In this document: positions 1 to 12,659 of the stretch, one piece after another
How positions within the stretch are numbered: the first letter of the stretch is position 1
How the letters are laid out: every line of letters begins with the position of its first letter
Source: Lama glama
Lineage: Eukaryota
DNA: 64,000 nt
NCBI GenBank assembly: GCA_028534125.1
Contig: CM052816.1
Coordinates: forward strand, 79,486,001-79,550,000
Direction: 5' to 3'
Notes under the pieces: model-generated
Databases searched by the model: none
What the model was told of the DNA's origin: nothing
The model's input: the letters and a program-made list of their open reading frames with translations, nothing else
Made by a program: the position numbers and the translations under genes

Positions 1-444
1 TCTTCCTTTTCTGAACATTATAAGGTTATTAATTGGCCTAATTTCAATATTGTGGTGTTTCAGGGAATAGGGAGGCTTGAAGAGATGAAGAAAGTTGGGG
101 AACAGCTGGTCAATGAAGCAGTCAGAATACACACGTTTATTGATTAATTTTGCCACTTACATGGCTGCAGTTCATGGCACCCTAAAATAATTACAATAGT
201 AACATCAGAGATCACTGATCACAGATCGCCATAACAGTTATAATAATAGCAATTTAAAAGTTTGAAATAACTTTGAGAATTATCAAACTGACACAGAGAT
301 AGGAAGTGAGCAAGTGTTGTTGGAAAAATGCCACCAATAGACATGCTCAATATAAGGTTTCCATAAACCTTAAATCTGTTAAAAAAAAAAGCTAATATTT
401 GTGAAGTGCAATGTTGCAACACACTATAGAATGAGGTACACCTG
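1..444 (-). mobile_element. Tigger1 (TcMar-Tigger) DNA transposon, 5' terminal portion, continues off the window
   Basis: The reverse complement matches the Tigger1 5' end (CAGG.ATACCTC ... GGTGATCTGTGATCAGTGATCT ... CAATATTGAAATTAGGCCAATTAATAACC). The element ends at CCTG, followed by a TA target dinucleotide at 445-446. Confidence 0.85.
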
Positions 445-446
445 TA

Positions 447-850
447 TAAATTGACATAAGACAGATTAACAGGAGAAAAACAAATTTAATTCCATATGTA
501 TAAAAAATGTGAGACTCAAAGAAGTGACCAAAGCAGAGAGCTTTTATGCCTTTTAGTCAAAGAAACAATACATTTGTCAAAAATTGACAGGACAAAGACT
601 TTTGGGCCTGGGATAGTAAATTAGTTAAGAAGTAAGAAGTTCTATTATACAGGCTTCTTAGTCCTAAGTTCCCTATTTTTGGTGATAAGGATGCCTTCTA
701 TCCTCCTGGTACAAGGTGGATATCTTTCACATAGGAGCGTTATTTCTGGCTTTCAGGGAGATGCAAGATGTTTCTGAAGTAACTTTAATTCGAAATAATC
801 AATATGCCAAAATGGTATATTTTGGGTTGACATATTCTGGATTTCAGGTT
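447..850 (-). mobile_element. MER34-like ERV1 LTR
   Basis: AAATTGACATAAGACAGATTAACAGGAGAAAA and AATAATCAATATGCCAAAATGGTATATTTTGGG..ACATATTCTGG match the reverse-complemented 3' and 5' ends of MER34-type LTRs. Confidence 0.7.
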
Positions 851-859
851 CAAAGTAAC

Positions 860-960
860 AAATTCAAACTACAGAGGTTAAGTGACTTGCCAAAGGTCAC
901 ACAGGAGACAGGTAGTACGCCAGGAAACAGACTCCAATTTTTAGACTCCCAAAAGGCATT
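860..960 (-). mobile_element. MIR SINE fragment
   Basis: Carries the MIR core AGAGGTTAAGTGACTTGCCAAAGGTCACACAG. Confidence 0.7.
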
Positions 961-2373
961 ATGCTTTTCACTTCGTTGTGAGGCCTCCTTTGTTTAAAAA
1001 ATATCTCTATTAAGTTACCGCCACCTTCAAGGGCCCTAAATTTTAGAGAGTTTCTTTTTCACTCTCTAAAATAATAGAACTCCAGCCAGTATTTTGATTT
1101 AGCTGCTCCCTCCTTGTGAGACATTTGTTTTGCTTTTCAAAAACTCTCATCCATCTTCATGTTTGCTCCTGAGGAAGTGGTAACACAAAATAAAAATCCC
1201 CAAACTCCATTTTAAGAGCCGAAAATTGAAAGCAGAAGAAGAACGAAGACCATATATTCTGTTTTTTTCAGATGATAAATATTCTATATCTTCCTGGCTG
1301 TCAACACACTTCTCTTTTTTCATTTCACTGTGTTTCTTACAGTGAGGAATATAGAGCTCTACCCCAAGGGTAGCACTTGGGATATGAGGAGGGGTAAGCC
1401 AAAGAATATTGGGGAAGAAACTACCCCATTTTTACCCTATTTGCTCCAATTTCCTAACTTCTCCACAAACTGAAGCAGCAGATTGTTTTTATTGTTTCTG
1501 GTGATGTCAGAAATGTCTGGAAAAACTTATTTCACATGAATTTTGTTCATAATAGATTGAGCCGCTTTGATTTTTATGTTTTGTCCTGACCTTTTGGTTT
1601 TAGGAGAAGATTGGTTATTAAATCTCACAGCATTTCCTAGCAGATCTGTGCTCTGCAAAGAAACGAAACTTTCTTTGTCAACTATGTGTCATTGTGCAGT
1701 GAAAAATCATGAGACACGGTATTACTCTTTGGTAGAGCCATCTCCCAAAGAAGTAATGTTCTCCCATTAAAATTTTAAAAATTACTTTAGAGAGTTAGGG
1801 CATTGGAATGACCTGAGAATTAGATGAGTTGGAAAAATATCGTTTCTCTGAGATTACCAAGATTTTTCAGTTAAGTAAGTTGTGTCCTCATCACAGTTCC
1901 CTGCAATTTCAGACTCAGGGTGAGAGAATCAACACGGAAATTGACTTACCAGTGCTCCATGCCAAGTAAACCATGGAGAGAATAAAATCCTCTTACAGAG
2001 CTGATCACATCAGTTGATATCTGCAGTGGTTTGAATGATTGCTTCCTGCAGATTGTGCCATCTCAGATACATAGTCTAAGGGAGTATCGGTGATGCTATT
2101 TCCCTTATCAGTATTTGGTCCAGACATACGTGATGCAATTGAAGCTAATGGGGAAGAAGGGGCAGTCAGGTGGAGGTGAGGGATAGAGGATTCTTGGATG
2201 AATGAGATATAGAGATTGTATCTTAGGCTGAGTTTCCTAAAGAAAAGCCTGAGATTCTTTTGACTTTTTTTCACCAAGCATGAAGCACCTTTATTTTATG
2301 AGAGCAGTCTGGAATCTCAGTTTGAAAGTGAAATGTCTTCCTCACAAATAGAAAAAATGCTTTTCAAAAACTC

Positions 2374-2985
2374 TAGTTCATTTGCAATGTTATGTTAGTT
2401 CATTTGCAATGTTATGTTAGTTTCTGGTGTACAGCATAGTGATTCAGTTATACATAGATATATATTCTTTATCATTATAGGTTATTACAACATATTGAAC
2501 ATAGTTCTCTGTGTTAAACAGTAAGACCTTGTTGTTTTTCTATTTTATATATAGAGTTAGTATCTGCAAACTCCAGACTCCTAATTTATCCCTTTCCCTC
2601 CACCTTTAGCCCCTGGTAACCATAAGTTTGTTTTCTGTCTGAGTCTGTTTCTGTTTTGTAAGTAAGATCATTTGTGCTTTTTTTTGGATTCCATCTAGAA
2701 GTAATATCATATAATATTTGTCTTTTTCTGTCTGACTTACTTCTTTTAGTATGATAAGCTCTAGGTCCATTCATGTTGCTGCAAATGGCATTATTTCATT
2801 CTTTTTTATGGCTGAGTAGTATTCCATTATATAAATATACCACATCTTCTTTATCCGATCGTCTGTGGATGGACATTTATATTACTTCCATGTCTTGGCT
2901 ATTGTAAATAGTGCTGCTATGAACATTGGTGTTCATGTATCTTTTCCAGGAGTGGGACTGCTGGATCATACAGTAAGTCTGTTTG
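2374..2985 (-). mobile_element. L1 3' end fragment (lineage-specific)
   Basis: Aligns with the L1 3' UTR and ORF2 tail copies at 25.8-26.4 kb and 62.6 kb (GTCCATTCATGTTGCTGCAAATGGCATTATTTCATTC, GGACATTT..TTCCATGTCTTGGCTATTGTAAATAGTGCTGCTATGAACATT). Confidence 0.9.
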
Positions 2986-3185
2986 AGATGTGGATTCTTG
3001 TGAAAGGTATTTGCTAAGAGTGTGGTCTCTGGAGAACAGGAATGAGGGAAGCAGAATAGGGTGTAGAGAACAGCTAGGCAAGAATGTGTTCTCAGCTGGT
3101 GAAGGGCTTCTGTCTGGTCCTACTGGAAAACCTGGAGCAAAAATTGTGTCATGGAGTTGGTTCTGCCTTGAGGCAAAGGGTGAAG
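2985..3185 (-). mobile_element. ERVL LTR fragment (LTR33-like)
   Basis: GAGGGAAGCAGAATAGGG ... CTGGAGC ... TTGAGGCAAAGGG resembles reverse LTR33-type sequence, heavily diverged. Confidence 0.4.
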
Positions 3186-3189
3186 GGAG

Positions 3190-3800
3190 ATAAGCTTGGA
3201 GAGATAGACCAGAGTCAGATCATGGATGGCTTTGAGATCCAAGCCAAAGAGCTTATGTAATATCCTGTAGTTGATGGGAAGCCATTAAAGGTTTTAAATA
3301 GTGAGATATATTACTAAATAAGTCCTCTGTTGCAGATAGGAGAATCGATTCAAGGAGAATCAGAGTCAAGCAGGCGCAGTTAGAAGACATTTTATTGTCC
3401 AGGTTTGAACTGATATGAGACTGACTTAGGACATGGCATGAGGAGTAATGAGGAAGAGAAAGATTTGAGGCACAGTTTGAAAGTGAAATCAGTAAAACAT
3501 GGTGATGGATTTGAGTGGAGTTAGGTGACAAAGGGGAAAGAAGTAACATCCTAAGTATTCTAGCAGGCGACTGCTGAGGCCACTGATGAGCCAATGGCCA
3601 ATAGGAGATAGAAGGAACAAGAAAGGGTGATAAGTTCAATCTGAGAAATCCTGAGTAACTGATGGGTGTGGGGCATTTAAGAATAAACAAACAGCAAACA
3701 CTGAAGAAGTCTGAAGATTCGTGAAGACAAACTTGGCTGAAGATGTCTATGTAGTTGTCATTATGTATTTAAGGTAGGTGGAAGGTAAAACCAAAGGAGA
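3190..3800 (-). mobile_element. L2 LINE fragment (ORF2 3' region)
   Basis: Contains the L2 signature GGGAAGCCATTAAAGGTTTTAA. ORF 3253..3690(-) includes SQSHISSNLDN..LILLESILLSAT, a decayed form of the L2 ORF2 segment 'LVQATIISHLDYCNSLL..LQSILHTAA'. Confidence 0.75.
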
Positions 3801-3820
3801 TTCCAGAAGCAGTTGTGTGC

Positions 3821-4311
3821 CTATTATACACAAACAATGGTCCCCCCAAAGATGTCCATGTCAATCCCCAGAACCTCATATGGCAAAAAGCCTTTGCAGA
3901 TATGATTAGATTAAGGATCTTACGATGGGGAGACTGTCCTGGATTACCCAGGTGAGTGCAAGGTGATCACAAAGACCCTTATAAGAGGAATGTGGGAAGG
4001 TCAGAGTCAGGGGATGCCAGAGGTCAGAGACAGAGAGAGACAGTTTGGAAGATACTACATTTCTGGCTTTGAGGATAGAGTATAGGGAAACCAACAAAGG
4101 AAGGCAGGCAGTCACTAGAAGCCGAGCAAGACAAGAAAACAGGTTCTCCCCTCAGATCCTCCGAAAGAAATCAGCCCAGCAATGCCTTGACTTGAGCCTG
4201 TTGGAACTGACCTGGGGCTTCTGACTTCTAGAACTGTAAGACAACAAATGTGTCCTGATTTAAGCCACTACATTTGTGATCATGTTACAGCAGCAACAGG
4301 AGACTATTACA
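3821..4311 (+). mobile_element. MLT1 (MaLR) solo LTR, MLT1C/D-like
   Basis: Shows AATGGTCCCCCCAAAGATGTCCATG, CTTTGCAGATATGATTA, and a terminal TTTAAGCCACTA..TGTTACAGCAGCAACAGGAGACTATTACA. Confidence 0.85.
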
Positions 4312-5137
4312 TTGACCTTGTGTGTGTGCCAATTGCCCTCTATAGATTGCAGTTAATTCTGTTTTTCCAAAATTATGTACTGAATAACTACTGTGTGCCA
4401 ATACATAGCGTTTAGAAACCAACAGACCAGTGGAAGAGAAAGCAACAGAAACAAATCATCATAAATACATTGTGAGAGGGACTGAGATGGATGGAGCTTT
4501 GTAAGGAAACCATGGGATGGGAAAAGGTGGAGGGATCAACTTTCTCAAGGATAATGGATAGAGAAGACTCCACCAAGGTGCTGACACTTAGCTGAGTTCC
4601 AAGGGCTGCCTGTGAAAATTACACAATGACCTGAGATTCCTCCCAAAGGCAAAAGTCTGAGAACACAGAACTCTTTTTAAATAGAGTGACTAATTGTAAG
4701 ACATCTTAAGATACAGGGAGCAATTCTGGATTGAAGCAATTGAGTTCCTCAATTACTCTGTCAGAACCTTTCTGATTAGCATAACTCATACTTCTCTTCT
4801 CCAGATGGTCTCTTTGAATGGTGACATTTGATATAGACTGTCATTCTTAGAAACCCAAACAATTAGAATAGCTAAAACAAGATTAAAAAAGAGTTAAGAA
4901 TTAATGACAAACAAGTTTTCATTTTCTTCTTCCAATCTGTTCTCTAGAGTTATGCATTTTCACTATTCAAAGTGTATGTCTTCCTTTTGTTTTAAAACAC
5001 TGAAGGGAAATATGGAAACATGGAATCAACTTGAAAAAAGTATCAAGACTGTTTAAGAGATAAGGTCATCATCGCCAAGGCACCTTCTCTTTTCTGTTGA
5101 CAGAATCAGCAAAGAAGTAACACTGCTTCTTAAATAT

Positions 5138-5427
5138 TTATTAGTTTTCTATGGCTGCTGGCGTTCCTTGGCTTGTGGCCATAACACTCTGCTCCATGTT
5201 CACATTTTCTTCCCCTCTCCTGTCTGTGTCTAATCCCCCCTGCCTCCCTTTTACAAAGATACATGTGATTGCATTTGGGGCCCTTTTGAATAATCTGGGA
5301 TAATCTCCTTATGTCAAAATCCTTTACTTAATTACATCTGCAAAGACCCTTTTTCCAAACAAGGTCACATGTACAGGTTCCAGGGATTAGGACTGATGAC
5401 TTTGGGAGACATTATTCAGGCTATTAA
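5138..5427 (-). mobile_element. MLT1 LTR, internally deleted
   Basis: TATTAGTTTTCTATGGCTGCTG is joined directly to GTTCCTTGGCTTGTGGCC ... AATTACATCTGCAAAGACCCTTTTTCCAAACAAGGTCACA. Confidence 0.8.
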
Positions 5428-5479
5428 AAATACAGAGCTTACAAAACTAAAAATATTACACAATGATAGTAAACATGTA

Positions 5480-5720
5480 AGGTAGTAGAAGGTCAGCTCT
5501 AGAGTCATCTGGACTTGGGTCCAAGTCTCTAATCTGCATCTCTTACCTGTGTGACTTTGAGGAGGTGATTGACCATTTCTATACACTGACCTCATCAGTA
5601 AAACGAGTTCAATATTACCAGCTCCATAAAAGGGTCATGAGGAGGAATAAATGAGATAATGCACTTAACATTTAGCATGTGATTTGCACATAGCAAGTCT
5701 TCAATATCTATTAATAAAAT
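5480..5720 (+). mobile_element. MIR SINE
   Basis: Shows CTCTAGAGTCATCTGGACTTGGGTCCAAGTC..CTTACCTGTGTGACTTTG..AAATGAGATAATGCA..CACATAGCAAGTCTTCAATA. Confidence 0.75.
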
Positions 5721-7534
5721 TATTAAGAATAGTGGTGATAAAGCAGAACTCTGTAAAATTCCAATATTTATTGTCAATTATGCTCTTTAACATTTAAAAT
5801 TACTCCCTCCTGAATCTCAGAAAGAGGGAGAGATCAGCTGAGTACTTTTACTCTCAGGAAAAGGCAGCAAAATAACCTTTATAAAATACTGAAATCAATA
5901 CATTAGGAGGAAGAGATGCCAGGAGTTGAAATACTGAATGCAAACAAATGGGGACTTCGGTCTAAATAGTATGTCTCATAGCAGCACAGATACAGAATCG
6001 ATTTCCAAGAAAAAGCACAAAGCAAACAGCAGAACTGCTTTTCAACTGGTAGACATTAATTGCTTAAAGGATGACTCAAGGAAAAGCCCCAAACTTAGAT
6101 TAAAACAGAATAAAATGGACATGATTTTTAGTTTAAGCAGCCCTTTTTAGTGTCACAGTCATTACATTTTTTTTAATGATTGTAAAAATACTATCACAGA
6201 AGAGAAAGATCCTATAGAGTTCTGTCTCTTCTTTAAGACAGTAATTTGTGAAGGCACACAGGGTGGAGAATGTTCTCGTCAGCAGGCAAAAGTGTGTGGT
6301 TCTTTCATTCTGGTGAAAATAATTTCCTGTCCTTTCCTTTATTATTAATTTGGAGTTGAAGAAGAAGTTAAGAGAAAGACAAGGGTCCAAATCTATTTCA
6401 CATCAACTGTGAATTTGATCTTGGACAAAAGGATATGGGTGAAGTTTAGATGAATATAAATGAGGTCACTTTTAGGGGAAGAATTCTCCTGGACCACAAA
6501 ATGGATACTTGGAATGACTGAATCAGCTCAGTATCTCTCTTTGTCAATTACATACAAAATGGTTGCATCCAAAATGAAGTTCAGTTTTTTGTGTGTGTGT
6601 GAATAGTAAATTTGTGTGAATAGTAAAATTGTATTGAGAACAGGATCTATATGTGAAGTTGTATTTCCTATACCAAAAGGAATACTTCAGCAATCCTATT
6701 CCTCTTCCAGTCTTTAGCAGTTCTTGTCAATTTCCTTGCTATTTCCGGTCTCCACAACTATTTCTCTGACACCAAATTCTAATGGGATTCTTCTTGCTTC
6801 CTTATAATTGAATTATAAAAAGCCTCTAGTTGTGATCATCCTTTGGCTCATCTTTTTATTACAGTCAACATTATTATTCAACCTAACAAGGAAGGCCAGG
6901 TTGTGAAAAAACTTGTAATAGTTTCCCATGTTGGAAGAGTCTGATTCAGTAGGTTTGTCCTGAATATCGTAAAATCTCTCCAGTAGCTTCATTTATACAA
7001 ACTGTTCTGGTCATTTAAGTAAATCAATGTACAGGTTAGTGTAAGTACTTTCTCTCCAGACATGTGACATAGGCTGTTCTTTAGAGAGACACTATAATTT
7101 TGCTATTTGTGACTTCTAATGCCCAGGACATGGTAGTATTTATACCATGTGTGTGTGCGTGTGTGTGTGCACACATGTGTGTTTTAGAATGTATATAATA
7201 ATGCCTATTTCTTTCCCAACATTTGGAGAAATCTTAATCTGGACTATGGAAATGAAAAACCAAAAAGTAAGCCCCTTAATAACTCAAAAATGTTAAAATT
7301 GCTTGAAAATTGATTATTATCCCAAAGACAAAGATTGATTATTAAAGATACAATCAAAATAACACAGGAGTGATTAGTTTAGAATATCCTATCTATAGTC
7401 TTCATATTTTTCATTTCCTTTTAATTATGACATGTTCTGAATCTGTATATATCTTTAGAAGTTTTTTCTTAAGTTCTTTTTTGAGCATATTTGCCAATAA
7501 CTAGCAAAAACAGCAATGAAAAAACTAGCAATAA

Positions 7535-7740
7535 GCAACATTCATTTAACATTTATTAAGTTCCAGGCAAGATGACAAGCACTTTACATACAGTTTATCT
7601 AAGGTCACAACTATCTTATCAGAGGTATATTATTACTCTTCCTGTTTTACTGATGAGGAAAAAGTTAAATCATACAAATAAACAGTAGTTGGGCTAGGAT
7701 GATCTCAAGAAATCTGATTACAAAATTCACACTTTATTAA
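7535..7740 (-). mobile_element. MIR SINE
   Basis: Shows AACATTTATTAAG..GCACTTTACATA..CCTGTTTTACTGATGAGGAAA. Confidence 0.65.
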
Positions 7741-7849
7741 ATAAATAAAACCATTCATATTTAAAGAAGTGGCATTTTAGAGCACAGGTTTGTTTGCAAC
7801 TTTGCAAGAAGTTTTGCCTCAGGACATAATACCCTGAGACCAGATTTTT

Positions 7850-8330
7850 CCTTATTTGTTTCATTATTTATACTATGTTTGCTTCCCAAAGGAATTTGAG
7901 TTGGCTTACAAGAGCAGACACATACACGCTGGCGTGAAACAATCTAAGAACCAGAACCTTTAACAACAGAAGGGAGTAGAAAGAGTTCCCACCAGAAGGC
8001 CTAGCTGAAATGAAGCCACTGATTCAAAACAATCTAACAACTGAGGCACAAAAATGAACAGCATGAGTTTGCAGATTAACTTTCTTTTTTTTTTATATTG
8101 GTTTCCTCTGTGTAGTAGGAAGAGTTCTTGAGATATTAATCTTAGAGATTTTTCTTTTTTCTTACCCTTCCTAATCTTTTCCTTGTCAGTCTGAGACACA
8201 CCCTCTCCCCTGGCTTTGAGGGCAACATGGGTTGTTGCAGGATAAATGTTAAGAGAAAAACAAAATCATCTTCAGGAATTATTTTAATTCCCAAATTGGG
8301 CTTCTAAGAATCAAAAGGGAAGTCTTGCAG
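7850..8330 (-). mobile_element. L4 (RTE-X) LINE 3' end, ancient
   Basis: The reverse complement TTGTAAGCCAACTCAAATTCCTTTGGGAAGCAAACATAGTATAAATAA resembles the L4 3' terminus. The 5' boundary is uncertain. Confidence 0.5.
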
Positions 8331-8741
8331 GAGAATTTTTGCCGCAGAAATAATTAAAAAGAGAATTGTGCTCCATCTCTGGGAAATTCCACAAGGGTCT
8401 TTGCCTGGTGGGTGGGCTTCACAAACTTCGAGGAGGCCAGGGGCCTAAGGGAGATGGAGCCTGGTGGTGGCCTGACGCCATATCCACCTTCTTCAAAACA
8501 CTTTAGGTGAGGGCCTTCCGTCTGTATGGCTGCCTGCACCTCCTCTATGGCTCTCCAGCAGGAAGGACCCTGCCCATGCTGCTGGAGACTTGCCCCCACG
8601 AGAACCACAGCCTTGTTAACAGCCAGAGACCCCCTCGACACTTAGGAGGGGTAGGAGTGGTGTGGGATTAAAAGCCTCAGCACAGTAACTAAGGGAACAC
8701 AATCCTACACCATTACTGACATAGGAGGAATTTACTGTTTC

Positions 8742-8744
<3 letters not shown>

Positions 8745-8777
<33 letters not shown>

Positions 8778-8791
8778 TACACACACACACA
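8745..8791. repeat. (AC)n microsatellite, interrupted
   Basis: Directly visible AC run containing two AT interruptions. Confidence 0.95.
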
Positions 8792-9049
8792 AAGTGATGT
8801 GTTTTTAAAAGACATTGAATATTGCCATAAAAATACATCCCTTTATATTTTATTTTTCACTTAAAAAATCACCTTCACATGGGGTCTGAAGAATGTAATC
8901 AAAATTTTAAGATGCAGAAACACATTTCAATAAATAATTTCTCATTCCCTATTTTGAACTGTAGTTCACTGGAGGCCTTTGTATAATAAGTTAAATCAGT
9001 GCAGTTCAGATGTGTTTCCTTCAGGCTCTGGGACTTAATACAGAGTCAT

Positions 9050-9228
9050 TGCCTAGGGCAACACTTTACATCAGAATCTCCTGGAGGGCTTGTAAAAACA
9101 CAAATTACCGCGCCCCACCTCCACCCATATTCAGTAGGTCTGGGGTAAGACCCAAGAATTACATCACTAACAAGTTCCCAGGTGATACTGCTGCAGCTAG
9201 TCTGTGACTACACTTTGAGGAACACTGA
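9050..9228 (+). mobile_element. MER5A (hAT-Charlie MITE)
   Basis: Shows CATCAGAATCTCCTGGAGGGCTTGTAAAAACACA..TTCAGTAGGTCTGGGGT..TAACAAGTTCCCAGGTGATACTG..CACTTTGAGGAACACTG. Confidence 0.85.
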
Positions 9229-9709
9229 CTTGGGGGAAACTTAGAAACTTGAATATTTAGTATATCTTTTAAGGTTTGTCTCAAATGTCAGTGGCCTTTG
9301 ACTGGGAAGTTTACAAGGGCAGGGATTAAGCAAACACCTAAGTACTTCCTCTGGGTCAGGGAATGGCAGCCCATCATTAGCCAAAGTGCAGGTTGAGCCA
9401 AGAGGTTTCTTCTGCAGAAACATATACCAGAAAATGCTAGGGCAGTTTGGGAAATGTGACCAGCCACGTTGCCTAGGCCAAACTGCGTATCATGTATAAA
9501 GGCAATTAAAACTCACACTTAACATCTGGAAGGGCTCAGAAGGTACCCCATCCATTTATTCACCATTCTTCAATAACTTGAAGATATATATCCAGTATTC
9601 GAGAAATAAGAGGAAAATAAGCTCATGAATAGAGGAAGAGTGTTTTTAAAAGAAGGGCATTAAACACTAAAACCAATCTTTTTTAAAAAAATCTAATTTG
9701 GGGGCGGCT

Positions 9710-10118
9710 ATCTGCAATAACATGAATGGACTTGGAGGGTGTTATGCTAAGTAAAATAAGTCAGATACAGAAAGATAAATATTCTATGATATCCTTTATA
9801 TGTGGAATCTAAAAAATATGGCAAAATAGTGAATATAATAGAAAAGAAGCAGACTCACAGATATAGAGAGCACACTCGTGGTTACCAGTGGGGAGAGGGA
9901 AAGAGGAAGGGGCAGTACAGGGGTGGAGGTCCAAGAGGTCCAAACTATTAGGTATAAAGTAAGCTACAAGGATGTAATGTACAGCATCAGGAATATGGAG
10001 AATTTTTTATAGTAACTATAAACGGAATATAACCTTTAAAAATTATGAGTCAGTATATTGTATACCTGTAACTCATATATTATTGTACATTAACTATACT
10101 TTAATAAAAAGAAAAAAT
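9710..10118 (+). mobile_element. L1 3' end fragment
   Basis: Shows ACATGAATGGACTTGGAGGGTGTTATGCTAAGTAAAATAAGTCAGA ... AACTATACTTTAATAAAAAGAAAAAA (polyadenylation signal and A tail). Confidence 0.9.
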
Positions 10119-11044
10119 CTGAATTCTTTTAATATGGATGCACAGTTCAATGGAAATTATAATTGCTCTACAAGTAATATATTCCAAAGAAATGAGTATG
10201 AATTTGTGCAAAATTATATCTAACAGAATGTTAATTAAGGATCCTCGTATTATGTTAAAAAATACCTATAAATCCATCAATAGGAAAAATTGACTAAAAG
10301 TGACTGCCAGGCAAGTTAGGACATTTTCAGGTTTTTCTCACTTAAAAATACTTCCAGTGATGTTCACTCTGTTTAAAAACTTACTCCCATAACCATACTT
10401 CAGAGCTTTTAATCAAGATCCATCCCCCAATGCTTCCTTTAAAAAAATTGGAATTCTTTTCAACATGTTTTTTTTGGAGGGGGAAAAGGGAAAAATACAA
10501 AAAAGACATCTCTACAGTACATAAACAAATAGCTTTAATTTTATTAATTTTATAATAATATAACTTTTAACATAATAATGATTATTCAGCATCTACCAAA
10601 TTTTATAAATTAATATTTTAAGTGGTATTATTTTATTGTAATATATGCATGTGCTCAATTTTTAAAAATTGAAAACAAAACATATATGAAATAAAAAATA
10701 AATAAACAATTGAAAACAGCAAATCATGAAGAAGATATTTTAAAAAGTTGAAAGACATACCTCAGTATCCTCTACTCAGAAATAGCAACTCTGACATTTT
10801 GCAAGTTTTTCCTATACTCTCCTTATCCCTGCATATTTTTAAATAAATGAGTTAGACTGTGTAACTGATTTCTAAGCAAATAAACATTCACAAATAATGA
10901 ACTAAAAAGCGTCCTAAAGGAGTTCAGTAATGGATTATATCCCTCCACAGAAATCTTACCCTTCAATGTCCAGCTTTCTAATCACTATTTCTGTCCTCTT
11001 TGCTTTCTTACTTACTTACCCCAACACACTTTTTGGACCACATC

Positions 11045-11168
11045 GTGTTGCTACTGGCATCTACTAAGTGAGACTGATGAATATTCTACAATGCACAGAA
11101 GGGCCTTCCCCTCCCTCCAGGATGAAGACTATTAACCCCAAATGTCTGCTGCCGAAAAATTCTGGTTC
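11045..11168 (+). mobile_element. MER20-like fragment
   Basis: Shows TGCTACTGGCATCTA ... CTACAATGCACAG ... CCCCAAATGTC, matching the MER20 3' half. Confidence 0.6.
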
Positions 11169-11380
11169 AATATAATTCTGGATGCCCTACTCAATGCAAT
11201 TAGAAAGGAGAAAGAAACAAGAAGTATAACTATTGGAAAGATGACACTTATTTTTGCAGATGATGTAACTATATACTAATTAACCCAAGGAAGCCATCTA
11301 AAACACTATTGATTGATTATAATATGTAATAGAAAAAGAAATCCAACTAAAAATAGCCCCCAACAGTATTGTGCATTATA
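11168..11380 (+). mobile_element. Ancient L1 ORF2 fragment (RT core)
   Basis: AATGCAATTAGAAAGGAGAAAGAAA encodes NAIRKEKE, and TTTGCAGATGAT at 11253-11264 encodes FADD. Confidence 0.7.
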
Positions 11381-11399
11381 ACTTGTGATATTTTAAGGT

Positions 11400-12560
11400 A
11401 AGTATCAATTGCAAACTAGATGCATATAAGTAACAAGAAAATGTAAACATTTATTTATTTTTATAACTTGTTACTTTTTGCAATTACTGTAATTTTTAAC
11501 CAAGTCTATTTTTTGTTAACAAATGTGGTTTGGAATTTCAGTTTTCTGCAGAAATATGTCTGATGATGCAGCTCCGATGATAGGAAAACATTCTGAAGTA
11601 GTTACCCAGATTAAGAAGCTGTAGTAGCATATAAATCAACATACAGCTTCCTTCATTGAGAAAGTCTGGCTATGAAAAATGTCAGCTAAGCTAAATATTG
11701 TGCAGACTATTGCATTAAAAACTGTGAACTACATAAAGGCTAATGCATTAACTTTGAGATTATTCTCTTTATTTTGTTTGCCGTGAGTTGGTCATAAGCA
11801 AGCATTATTGCACACTGACATACAAGGGCTACCAAGAGGGAAAATTCTGTTGAGAACATCTGAGCTATGGGAAAATATCTTAGTGTTTTTGGTCCTAGTA
11901 TTTCAAAGATGCAAAATGGACATCCAAACCTACTTTTCCCTAATATCTTCTGTATTTTTAATAATTTTAGTATTTCTATGCAAGAAAAGAATGCAACATG
12001 TTTTTCAATGGCAGTAAAATAACAGAGCAAAAATAAAACTAAAAACTTGTAAGAATAGTTTCTACAGACCATTGTGACATTTTCTACGATGTAACAATAA
12101 TTAACCATAAAGTAGGTGATGAGTTGAATATTTCACACTTACAAAAAGTAATCACTGAAAACTTTTCAAATATAATAAGATGTTTTAAATTTTATTTTCT
12201 GTCCAAAGAAGATTCATTCCAGAAAATTCACTAGCTTTTAAGCCATTTCTTTCACCAAAAGATATTATAAATTTATAACCTTAAAGGATAGTTTTTGAAA
12301 CTAAGTAGTGATGAAAACTGGCCATAGATTTTGAAAATACAGCTTTACTTTTTTCATTATGGGGAAAAGTTATAAATTAATACAGAGAAGTTGATCCCAT
12401 AAACATACTTCTGAGAGATGAATTTCTCTATTATGAATGTTACATAGTTTAGAAATCTTTGTCCCTCTAGGAGTAGCATTATTGTCAATCTGACCTAGAA
12501 AAGATACAAGGAAGAGGTAAATCCATTGGTCACAGTCAAAACTTTAAATACTGGTATAGA
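11400..12560 (+). mobile_element. Charlie-type hAT DNA transposon, decayed transposase coding region
   Basis: Broken frames read DDAAPMIGKHSEVVTQIKKL (from 11562), KSTYSFLH*ESLAMK, KTVNYIKANALTLRLFSLFC and HKQALLHTDIQGLPRGKILLRTSELW. These correspond to the hAT motifs DGAAAMTG, THCFLHRE and LLHTEVRWLSRGK. A C-terminal dimerisation-domain-like remnant lies near 12400-12535. Confidence 0.85.
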
Positions 12561-12659
12561 CACCATTCATTTAAAGTTTGTGTATAGTTATTTAACTTGA
12601 GGGTTAAACTGTGGTAAAAGGACTATTTTTTTATTTTAATGAAGCACTGATCTAATAAT

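Noticed and set aside
6810..6995. 59-codon minus-strand ORF (MKLLERFYDIQDKPTESDSS...)
   Set aside because: It is short, unrecognised and overlaps a MER5-like motif (ACCTACTGAATCAGACTCT).
11808..12017. Domesticated transposase gene (ZBED/FAM200-like)
   Set aside because: There are stops and frameshifts throughout, and the conserved RW and CxxH-region residues are lost.
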